Shown: piece after piece, positions 1-6,954 of the stretch
Position numbering within the stretch: the first letter of the stretch is position 1
Layout of the letters: the number at the start of each line of letters is the position of its first letter
Assembly (NCBI GenBank): GCA_964552645.1
Contig: CAZKGX010000001.1
Location: 1,011 to 25,190, forward strand
Direction: 5' to 3'
Length of the DNA: 24,180 nt
DNA from: an uncultured Candidatus Saccharibacteria bacterium
Lineage (GTDB): Bacteria > Patescibacteriota > Minisyncoccia > Phycocordibacterales > CAZKGX01
The notes under the pieces: model-generated
What the model was told of the DNA's origin: nothing
The model's database searches: none
Seen by the model: the letters and a program-made list of their open reading frames with translations, nothing else
Program-made: the position numbers and the translations under genes

Positions 1-2
1 GG

Positions 3-44
3 GTAGCGGAAGCTGCTCGTGGAGTATTTCAAATTGAACCGTGA
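3..44 (+). CDS. 3' end of a CDS entering from the left (..VAEAARGVFQIEP*)
   Basis: Open frame from position 3 to TGA at 42-44, followed directly by a hairpin. Too short to identify. Confidence 0.35.
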   Translation, partial: VAEAARGVFQIEP

Positions 45-60
45 AAAGTTTACTTTTCAC
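41..60. other. perfect 8-bp hairpin
   Basis: GTGAAAAG-TTTA-CTTTTCAC overlapping the putative stop codon. Confidence 0.6.
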
Positions 61-243
61 TTAAACGGTCGGTATGGTCCTAGACCATCAGCAATGGCTC
101 TACAGTCTTACCTGTGACGCCCCTCTGTATGCAGGAACGCATACAATAGAACGGAACAAAACAAAGGATGTCTGTCTATTCGGTTATGAATATGAAAAGG
201 TTATGCGTTTGAGTTTTTAATGAGCACTTCCTCAGCGAGGATT

Positions 244-274
244 GCAAGGCCGCCGAAAGGCGGTTTTGCTTTTT
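244..274 (+). terminator. intrinsic terminator
   Basis: GCAAGGCCGCC-GAAA-GGCGGTTTTGC stem (GNRA loop, G-U pairs) followed by TTTTT. Confidence 0.75.
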
Positions 275-292
275 CATGCATAGCTTGCTAGT

Positions 293-973
293 ATGCCGAC
301 AGATGTAAACCCTCAACCCGACTTCAAGTGTGGTATGAATACAAATCTGAATCCGCATGACGGTGTTTCTCTGCAGCCCTACGACCGACTCGTGAAAGCC
401 TTGTTTGAGGAGGTCTATCGAGAAGGTCATACCTCTAGAACATGGTTGATGTTTGGTCTCGCTCTTATCGAGCTTGTATACAAACTCAAGCTTTGTTCGG
501 CACATTGGGGCAATGCCCTTCACTACTACATCTCTACGCTTCAAGATATCTGCATGCCCTATACGAATTTTGACGGTCGTGCCGTTGTGGCTTTGGCCCT
601 GCCACCAGATTTTTTGGTTAGGAGTGACGATATCGTCGATGCTCTATCTTCGATGAAGGCTCGGAGTACTCAAGAGACACCAGAATGGAAAGACGCCGTT
701 TCGCCTGACTTATTTGACTGGGCTATGGTTGGTTTGTTACTTCAGGACAAGCCATTCTCAGGGGATCCTTCTGAAGAAGTGGCCTTTGTTCTCCTCTTGC
801 TCGCATCCGGCAAGACCGGGATCGTCGCAACTGCCTATCCCACGCTGGTGCAGACTGATCTCGCTGCTTTTGCCTCTGGCGGGCCGGGAGATGGGGTGTG
901 GGGCACTGCTTTGGGTGTTGGTGAGGCAGAAATTGCTGCCACCCTCGTCGCGAATGGTCCTCGTGTAGGATAA
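293..973 (+). CDS. hypothetical protein (226 aa)
   Basis: Longest ORF in the region, bounded by terminators on both sides. No motif recognised; start uncertain. Confidence 0.6.
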   Translation: MPTDVNPQPDFKCGMNTNLNPHDGVSLQPYDRLVKALFEEVYREGHTSRTWLMFGLALIELVYKLKLCSAHWGNALHYYISTLQDICMPYTNFDGRAVVALALPPDFLVRSDDIVDALSSMKARSTQETPEWKDAVSPDLFDWAMVGLLLQDKPFSGDPSEEVAFVLLLLASGKTGIVATAYPTLVQTDLAAFASGGPGDGVWGTALGVGEAEIAATLVANGPRVG

Positions 974-995
974 CGACAACGTTCACTGCTGTCAC

Positions 996-1020
996 AAAAA
1001 GGCCCCTGCGGGGGCCTTTT
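996..1020. terminator. bidirectional intrinsic terminator
   Basis: AAAAA-GGCCCC-TGCG-GGGGCC-TTTT. Confidence 0.85.
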
Positions 1021-1069
1021 ACCTATATATCCATCGGGGAATGTGTCTATTTTCAAACTATATATTTTC

Positions 1070-1078
1070 TGCTATAGT
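1070..1078 (+). promoter_or_regulatory. extended -10 promoter
   Basis: TGcTATAGT. Predicted +1 at about 1085, just before the degenerate tRNA-Ile 5' copy at 1087. Confidence 0.55.
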
Positions 1079-1083
1079 GCCTC

Positions 1084-1108
1084 CACGCGCGCATAGCTGT
1101 TCTGGTAG
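1084..1108 (+). repeat. degenerate copy of the tRNA-Ile 5' end (76 nt upstream)
   Basis: CACGCGCGCATAGCTgttCTGGTAG vs 1160-1184 CACGCGCGCATAGCTcagCTGGTAG: 22/25 identical, first 15 exact. Confidence 0.85.
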
Positions 1109-1162
1109 GTCCTAAACATCTATGCCGTAAGGTGGTTCGTTGAAGTAATATATAAATAACAC

Positions 1163-1235
1163 GCGCGCATAGCTCAGCTGGTAGAGCACATCACTGATAC
1201 TGATGGGGTCCTAGGTTCGACTCCTAGTGCGCGCA
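1163..1235 (+). tRNA. tRNA-Ile(GAT)
   Basis: Acceptor GCGCGCA/TGCGCGC, D arm GCTC/GAGC, anticodon stem CATCA/TGATG with loop CT-GAT-AC (1196-1198), T arm CTAGG-TTCGACT-CCTAG. CCA not encoded. Confidence 0.95.
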
Positions 1236-1264
1236 CAATCTGGTTTCTGGTAAATTTAAATTAA

Positions 1265-1795
1265 ATGAAAAAAACATACATAGCAATATCTTTTGTGGCC
1301 GTTATCTTCAGTATTGCGGGCGTTGCTATATGGATTCTCTATGGTATAAGCATAAATAATCTAGCGGAGGCTAGAAGTAGAGAGAGACGTATGCTCTACT
1401 CCTCATCAATTCCTGGATATGTACTCAATGTATTTAGTGCACCAGATTCTGATTTTAATAAAAATAAAGTGCTCAACATCGGCGATGCATTAAATGTCAA
1501 TTTACCAAATTGGATAGTAAGTAATTGGTCGAGCCGGACTTCGGATGGTGATATTTATATGTTCAATTCCAATGACAGTATTCAGGAGAAATATTTTTCT
1601 GGTATTGTTATTGAACTCAAGCCAACTACAGAACTGTATAATGCAGAATATACGTATACTATTAACAAAACGACAAAAAGTAATTTGCTAATCGCAGAAG
1701 TATTGGTCAATAAAAATGAAGATCTTCGTATTTATCATATACAAAGTCTTTCAGATGACTACATCTATGACGATGATAGTGAAAAAGGTAAGTAA
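1265..1795 (+). CDS. AT-rich hypothetical membrane-anchored protein (176 aa)
   Basis: N-terminal hydrophobic helix (IAISFVAVIFSIAGVAIWILYGI). Sampled lines are about 32-38% GC, versus about 47% in a sampled pyk line. Confidence 0.75.
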   Translation: MKKTYIAISFVAVIFSIAGVAIWILYGISINNLAEARSRERRMLYSSSIPGYVLNVFSAPDSDFNKNKVLNIGDALNVNLPNWIVSNWSSRTSDGDIYMFNSNDSIQEKYFSGIVIELKPTTELYNAEYTYTINKTTKSNLLIAEVLVNKNEDLRIYHIQSLSDDYIYDDDSEKGK

Positions 1796-1832
1796 GCCCA
1801 CAGGTTCGTTTCGTCTCGTAGTACTGCATACC

Positions 1833-1860
1833 TTGAAAAACCACACATTTGTGGTATCCT
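1833..1860 (+). promoter_or_regulatory. sigma70-type promoter for pyk
   Basis: TTGAAA (1833-1838), 16 nt, then TATCCT (1855-1860) preceded by TGn. Confidence 0.5.
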
Positions 1861-1914
1861 TATCGGGCTCATATTTATTTGAAAAAGAGCCTTTTTATTC
1901 GCAACACTACTCAT

Positions 1915-3330
1915 ATGAAACTCAGCAAAAAGACAAAGATCGTGTGTACTATTGGCCCGGCTACTGAATCACAAGAAAAACTCGAAGAGATGCTTAATGC
2001 CGGTATGAACGTTATGCGTCTTAACTTCTCTCACGGTGACTTTGCTGAGCATGCAAAAAAGGTGGTCAATCTCCGCGCGGCCATGAAGAAGACAGGCCTC
2101 AGCGCTGCTATCATGCAGGACCTTAGTGGTCCAAAGTTTCGTATCGGTGACTTTTATAAGGAGCGCGTCACTTTGAATGAAGGTGATTTTATTACCCTTA
2201 CCACTGAGAAAATCACGGGCGATGAGAAGCGCGTCTCTATTAACTATCCGCAATTAATCAAGGAGTTGAAGCCGGGCAATATTATCATGGTGGACGATGG
2301 AAAGAAGAAGTTTGAAGTCGTCTCTGTCAGCGGCACCGAGATCAAATGTAAGATCCTTATTGGTGGCGACACAAAGGGCCGTCGCGGTATTAACCTTCCT
2401 GATGCAAAGCTCTCTATCAGCTCTTTGAGCGATAAGGATAAGGCTGACCTCGCATTTGCTTCAAAGTACGACATTGACTTGGTTGCCTTTTCTTTCGTTC
2501 GCACCGGTGATGATGTTCGCGAGCTCCGCTCTTTGCTCAAGAAAGCAAAGTCAAAGGCTATGATTGTGGCCAAGATTGAGACTCCACAGGCCATCGAAAA
2601 CTTCGATGAAATTCTTGAACTTTCAGATGCTATCATGGTTGCTCGTGGTGATTTGGCTATTGAGCTTGGCTATGAACACGTGCCTCTTGCTCAGAAAATG
2701 ATTATTGAAAAGTGTAACCGCGCAGGAAAGCCGGTGATCACAGCGACACAGATGCTTGAGTCTATGATTAAGAATCCAGTGCCAACCCGCGCTGAAGTAT
2801 CTGACATTGCCAATGCCATCCTCGACGGTACTGACGCTATTATGCTTTCTGAAGAGAGCACCCTCGGCGATTATCCAATCAAGGCAGTTGAAATGATGTC
2901 AAATGTCGCTCGTACGGTTGAAATGGGTCGTTCTCCAATCGACACCCTTGCAAGCGTAGAGATGCGCCATGGTATTACCGATGCAATCAGTGCGAGCGCC
3001 GTTGGTGCTGCCCGCGAAATCGGCGCCACCCTTATTGCTGCTTTGACTGCAACTGGCCGCACTGCTCGCATGCTTTCACGTCACAAGCCGCGTCAGCCGA
3101 TTATGGCCTTTACTCCATCAGAGAAAGTCTTTAGCCAGCTCCAGGTTTCCTATGGATGCTATCCTGTCCTCGTGCCTAAGTTTTCGACCGTATCACAGAT
3201 TATGAATATGGTGCGCAAGGTCGGTCTCGGTGAGAAGGTAACCAAAGAAGGTGATCAGGTCATGATTGTGGGCGGTATGCCATTCGGAAAGACTGACACC
3301 ACAAACATGCTTTTGGTCGAAGTCATTTAG
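1915..3330 (+). CDS. pyk: pyruvate kinase (471 aa)
   Basis: KTKIVCTIGPA, RLNFSHG, AKIET, MVARGDL and TATQMLESM..PTRAEVSDIANAILDGTDAIMLS motifs. Start moved to ATG 1915 (MKLSKKTK). Confidence 0.97.
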   Translation: MKLSKKTKIVCTIGPATESQEKLEEMLNAGMNVMRLNFSHGDFAEHAKKVVNLRAAMKKTGLSAAIMQDLSGPKFRIGDFYKERVTLNEGDFITLTTEKITGDEKRVSINYPQLIKELKPGNIIMVDDGKKKFEVVSVSGTEIKCKILIGGDTKGRRGINLPDAKLSISSLSDKDKADLAFASKYDIDLVAFSFVRTGDDVRELRSLLKKAKSKAMIVAKIETPQAIENFDEILELSDAIMVARGDLAIELGYEHVPLAQKMIIEKCNRAGKPVITATQMLESMIKNPVPTRAEVSDIANAILDGTDAIMLSEESTLGDYPIKAVEMMSNVARTVEMGRSPIDTLASVEMRHGITDAISASAVGAAREIGATLIAALTATGRTARMLSRHKPRQPIMAFTPSEKVFSQLQVSYGCYPVLVPKFSTVSQIMNMVRKVGLGEKVTKEGDQVMIVGGMPFGKTDTTNMLLVEVI

Positions 3331-3338
3331 CATGGCAG

Positions 3339-3381
3339 GTAAAAAGTAAAAGGTAAACAGTAAAAAGTACAGACGAGAGGG
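3339..3381 (+). repeat. heptamer tandem repeat, copy A
   Basis: GTAAAAA GTAAAAG GTAAACA GTAAAAA GTACAGA CGAGAGGG, starting 8 nt after the pyk stop. Confidence 0.8.
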
Positions 3382-3413
3382 AAAAGTAAGAAGGAGGAAA
3401 GGAATCAAACTTC

Positions 3414-3444
3414 AAAAAGCCGCTCGTTGTACGGGCGGTTTTTT
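3414..3444 (+). terminator. intrinsic terminator after pyk
   Basis: AAAAAGCCGCTCG-TTGTA-CGGGCGGTTTTTT. Confidence 0.8.
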
Positions 3445-3490
3445 GATACGGGGGATTTTCTGTTTATAGCATTGTATTTTCTATTCTCTG

Positions 3491-3560
3491 CACCTATTAC
3501 CTATTACCCATCACCTAATCCTCTCTACCTTTTACCTTATACTTTTTACCTTTTACTTTT
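3491..3560 (-). repeat. heptamer tandem repeat, copy B (inverted)
   Basis: Ten in-phase 7-mers on the + strand: CACCTAT TACCTAT TACCCAT CACCTAA TCCTCTC TACCTTT TACCTTA TACTTTT TACCTTT TACTTTT. Confidence 0.8.
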
Positions 3561-3565
3561 ATAAT
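3560..3565 (+). promoter_or_regulatory. -10 box, likely leaderless start of the kinase gene
   Basis: TATAAT 6 nt before ATG 3572, no SD motif. Confidence 0.55.
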
Positions 3566-3571
3566 AGGGTT

Positions 3572-5410
3572 ATGCCTGTGGATCTGTTGATTACGAATGT
3601 GGTCGGTATCCTTTGCGGAGTATTGACCCTTATTATGGGCCTGCTTGTGTTGGTGAAAGGCCGTGATCAAAGTGTTTCTATACCGTTTTTCCTGCTTACT
3701 GTAATGGTGGCAGGCTTCTATGTATCGCACTTACTTGGTATCAATGCCCACAATGCTGAATTTGCCTACGATTCCTTTATGTGGAATTTGGTCAATATTG
3801 GCATTGTGTGCTTCAATACGCATTTTATATTGGCATTGATAGGGAAGGTGCATCGGCGCTTGCCGGCTCTGATTATGATTTATGGCACCGGCATTGTACT
3901 TCTTGTGTTTTATTTGGTATTGCCGGAACAGTTTCTCCTTATGCCGGTATCAAAGATGTATTTGCCATTCTACTATGTGCCGGGGCCGCTCTATTGGCTT
4001 ATGCGCGTCTACTTTGTGGTAGTTGCTGTGTACATGCTTGCTGAGCTGGCTCTCTACTATCGCATTGCCGATGAGATGATGCGCAATCGCCTGCGTTTCG
4101 TCTTTATTTCGCATATTTACGCGTATGCTGTGGGATCAATCGCTCTTTTCCTTGTCTACAATATACCGGTCAATCCAATGTGGGCCATGTTCTTCGGTCT
4201 TTATTTGCCGCCACTGGTCTATGGCATACTCAAATACGATCTCATTGATTTGCGTCTTTTGGCCAAGCGCGCCCTTCTCTATGCTGCCGGCGTGGCCGTC
4301 GTCTCTTTGGTGATGGGTGTTATTACGACGCTCAATACGACCCTTGTAGAGTTGGTGCCGCATTTCTCGCCTTGGATTATTCCTATTGTGTCTGGTGTTA
4401 TTGCCATCGGTATTGCAAGTGTTGTGTGGAATCGCATGCGCGAAGTCGATGTCCTCAAGTATGACTTTATCAGTATTGTGACGCATAAGTTTTGGACGCC
4501 CGTCACTCATATGAAAATGGCCGTCGACGAGCTTAAGGTTGCAGATAGCGATGCGAGTCGAGAGATGTATGTAAAAGAAATTGAATCGAGCGCTAGCCAT
4601 CTTTTTGAATTGACCAAGGTGCTTATTGGCCTCTCTGATACAGAAAATGAAAGTTATCGCTTTACCTCTGCCCCTGTCGATATTTCCGTTATCGTGGCAG
4701 GTCTCATTTCTGATCATAGAAAGGAATTGTCTGAAAAAGAGATTCGCGTTTCCTTCCATCCTGGCAAGGCCATGCCACAAGTGGTCACTGATCGCGAGCA
4801 CATTGGCCTCGCCTTGCGTCTTATTATTGAAAATGCCATAAACTATACGCCGCGCGGCGGTTCTGCTGAGATTAATCTCGCTATGAAGCCTGATTCGCCT
4901 GCTGTGCCCAATCGTATTGCTTGCACCATTAAAGATACCGGTATTGGTATTAGCCAAGAAGAAAAACGCCTCATCTTCGACAAATTCTTCCGCGGCCATC
5001 GCGCTCGTCTTATGTATACCGAGGGCTTGGGCGTGAGTCTCTTTATTGCAAAGCGTATTATAGAGCGAGCGGGAGGTGCATTGCTCGTGCATTCAGATGG
5101 ACTTGATAAGGGGGCTAGTTTCGTGATTGAATTCCCACTGGTGCGGGAGCGCATGGGTATGAGTGGTACCTATAGTGCAAGCGGCGGCAAATACCGCGTG
5201 CCAATGGGCTTTGTAGGCAAGAAAGGTATGTTGAGCCATAGCATCCTCTCTACGCTCATGCGCAATAAAGGCGGAGAGGGCAGCCTTGGCGGCTCACGTG
5301 AAGGCGACGATGGCCCATCAATTTTCTCCGACACATTTATGGACGAAGCAATTGCCCGCGCCCGCCGCGCTATGCGCCGCAAGATTCAAGAGCTGAGGGA
5401 CAAGAAGTAA
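3572..5410 (+). CDS. sensor histidine kinase with N-terminal multi-TM (HisKA_7TM-like) domain
   Basis: About 9 hydrophobic segments; H-box SIVTHKFWTP; N-box IENAINY; G1 KDTGIGI; F-box IFDKFFRG; G2 EGLGVSLFI; C-terminal tail of about 90 aa. Confidence 0.9.
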   Translation: MPVDLLITNVVGILCGVLTLIMGLLVLVKGRDQSVSIPFFLLTVMVAGFYVSHLLGINAHNAEFAYDSFMWNLVNIGIVCFNTHFILALIGKVHRRLPALIMIYGTGIVLLVFYLVLPEQFLLMPVSKMYLPFYYVPGPLYWLMRVYFVVVAVYMLAELALYYRIADEMMRNRLRFVFISHIYAYAVGSIALFLVYNIPVNPMWAMFFGLYLPPLVYGILKYDLIDLRLLAKRALLYAAGVAVVSLVMGVITTLNTTLVELVPHFSPWIIPIVSGVIAIGIASVVWNRMREVDVLKYDFISIVTHKFWTPVTHMKMAVDELKVADSDASREMYVKEIESSASHLFELTKVLIGLSDTENESYRFTSAPVDISVIVAGLISDHRKELSEKEIRVSFHPGKAMPQVVTDREHIGLALRLIIENAINYTPRGGSAEINLAMKPDSPAVPNRIACTIKDTGIGISQEEKRLIFDKFFRGHRARLMYTEGLGVSLFIAKRIIERAGGALLVHSDGLDKGASFVIEFPLVRERMGMSGTYSASGGKYRVPMGFVGKKGMLSHSILSTLMRNKGGEGSLGGSREGDDGPSIFSDTFMDEAIARARRAMRRKIQELRDKK

Positions 5411-5424
5411 AAATAAAAAAGGGA

Positions 5425-5468
5425 GGGCACGTGGCGGAACTGGTATACGCGTACGTCTGTTATGCATA
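5425..5468 (+). pseudogene. 5' fragment of a tRNA-Leu-like gene (76 nt upstream of the intact copy)
   Basis: 5425-5458 is 30/34 identical to 5501-5534. It keeps a D stem (GCG/CGC) and an anticodon-like stem TACGT/GCATA, but has no T-arm 3' strand and no 3' acceptor strand. Confidence 0.8.
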
Positions 5469-5500
5469 TACAAAGCATGGTGGTTCACTTAAACAATATA

Positions 5501-5582
5501 GGGCACGTGGTGAAACTGGTATACACTTACGTCTCAGAAGCGTATCCCGTAAGGGTTGGGAGTTCAAATCTCCCCGTGCCCA
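5501..5582 (+). tRNA. tRNA-Leu(CAG)
   Basis: Acceptor GGGCACG/CGTGCCC, anticodon loop CT-CAG-AA (5535-5537), variable arm CCC-GTAA-GGG, T arm GGGAG-TTCAAAT-CTCCC. Confidence 0.95.
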
Positions 5583-5758
5583 CAACGAATTTGATTTTTT
5601 CTGTATATATCTCTTGGCACGAGCATATCGCCTGCGCGATATGCGAGGGAGATTTGAAGAGCCTGAGTATATTTTTGAGGAGCTATCGCTCCGAAAAAAT
5701 ATGAAGGCTGTACTGTCCCTGTAAGGGACAAATCTCCCCGTGCCCACAACGAATTTGA
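5565..5758 (+). mobile_element. attL/attR-like 30-bp direct repeats enclosing a 134-bp hairpin-rich insert
   Basis: CAAATCTCCCCGTGCCCACAACGAATTTGA is identical at 5565-5594 and 5729-5758. Hairpins at 5623-5644, 5669-5702 and 5714-5730. Confidence 0.7.
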
Positions 5759-5850
5759 GCATTTTCCTTCATTTTTTCTTTAGAAATAATTCATAAAGAT
5801 ATTACTTTTTCTTTATTTTTTCTTCATGCCCTCTGGTGTACAATATACCC

Positions 5851-6615
5851 ATGACAACGTACACCATCAAAAGCCCCGACTCTATAGCTGCATACCCTGA
5901 AATTGTGGATGCAGTGGCTGGTGACTATAAGGCGCTCAAGCCTTATATAATCAAGATTCGTGATTTACCAAATGACGATAAGCCAAGAGAAAAGTTGGTA
6001 AAGAGTGGTCCGGGCGCACTCTCCGTTCAGGAATTGCTGGCTGTGCTTCTTACCACCGGCACACAAAAAGAAGATGTCCTTGCCATGTCGCAGCGCATCA
6101 TTCGTGAATATGGAGAAAAGCTCGTTCTCGAGAAGACCAATCCTCTTGAGCTTTCAGAGACACTTGGCATTCCTCTTGTAAAAGCATCTCAGATTATTGC
6201 TGCCGGTGAGCTTGGCCGTCGTTTCTTTGAGAAGAAAACAGGCCCTCAATCGCTCATTCGTAATGCCAGAGATGTCTATGAATATGCCAAAGACATGCGC
6301 GAACTTCCTAAAGAGCATTTGCGTGGCATTTATCTTGATACTCATCATCGCATTATTCATGATGAGGTGATTTCTATGGGTACTATCAATGCGAATATCA
6401 TCCACCCCCGCGAAGTATTTCGTCCTGCTCTTGAGTATAATGCTGCCGGTGTCATTCTTGTGCACAATCATCCTTCCGGTGTTCCAACGCCAAGCCATGC
6501 TGATAAAGAAGTTACAAAGCAGCTCATTGAGGCCGGCAAGCTTATCGGTATTGATCTTTTGGACCATGTTATTGTCGCGAAAAATGATTTTGTAAGTATC
6601 ATTGCACAACTCTAA
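5851..6615 (+). CDS. radC: RadC-family JAB-domain protein (254 aa)
   Basis: IRDLPNDDKPREKL, KEHLRGIYLD, HPREVF and VHNHPSGVPTPSHAD..LLDHVIV. TACAAT (5839-5844) lies 6 nt before ATG 5851. Confidence 0.93.
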   Translation: MTTYTIKSPDSIAAYPEIVDAVAGDYKALKPYIIKIRDLPNDDKPREKLVKSGPGALSVQELLAVLLTTGTQKEDVLAMSQRIIREYGEKLVLEKTNPLELSETLGIPLVKASQIIAAGELGRRFFEKKTGPQSLIRNARDVYEYAKDMRELPKEHLRGIYLDTHHRIIHDEVISMGTINANIIHPREVFRPALEYNAAGVILVHNHPSGVPTPSHADKEVTKQLIEAGKLIGIDLLDHVIVAKNDFVSIIAQL

Positions 6616-6669
6616 CGTTGCTCCGGTATTTCAAGCGGCATGTATCCCATTGTCTATATGTTGTATAAA

Positions 6670-6954
6670 ATGTCACACAATACGCTGGTGCTGGGGGAGA
6701 CGGGCATACCATTTGTACGTCTCGTCCACGATATGCCGGATGAGGCACACCTCAAGAGCGATCTTGTGCTCGAAGGGTATTTCAATGATCTCTATAAGCT
6801 CTTTATCCGTCGTTTGGTTGAATTTGAATACGGTGCCACCTTCGATAAAGAAAAGAACGGCAAATTAACCGCTCTCCTGGAAGAGCTTCTACGCATTAAA
6901 GAATTCATTATTAACGGCCGCAAATCAGACAGACCACCGAGCCCTCAAAGATAG
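6670..6954 (+). CDS. hypothetical protein (about 94 aa)
   Basis: ORF fills the gap after radC with plausible helical composition. Start is 6640 or 6670. Its 3' end overlaps the convergent PLP gene by 44 nt. Confidence 0.5.
   Translation: MSHNTLVLGETGIPFVRLVHDMPDEAHLKSDLVLEGYFNDLYKLFIRRLVEFEYGATFDKEKNGKLTALLEELLRIKEFIINGRKSDRPPSPQR

Noticed and set aside
56-66. TTCACTTAAAC identical to 5484-5494 in the tRNA-Leu upstream spacer
   Set aside because: A single AT-rich 11-mer with no flanking similarity; chance is plausible.
1131-1162. T-box (GGTGGNACC) or XerCD dif site in the tRNA-upstream motif
   Set aside because: GGTGGTTC lacks the ACC of the T-box and there is no specifier or antiterminator structure. 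The XerD-arm match is only about 6/11.
4136-5092. 318-aa antisense ORF and other short overlapping ORFs in the track
   Set aside because: Shadows of well-supported genes on the opposite strand or in another frame; no recognisable motifs.
5501-5582. tRNA-Leu as a dedicated donor for the Bpt-like transferase
   Set aside because: It looks like a normal housekeeping tRNA and lies 4 kb away; proximity alone is not evidence.
5851-6615. radC as mobile-element cargo beside tRNA-Leu
   Set aside because: It is the long form with the N-terminal domain typical of chromosomal RadC and lies outside the 30-bp repeats.
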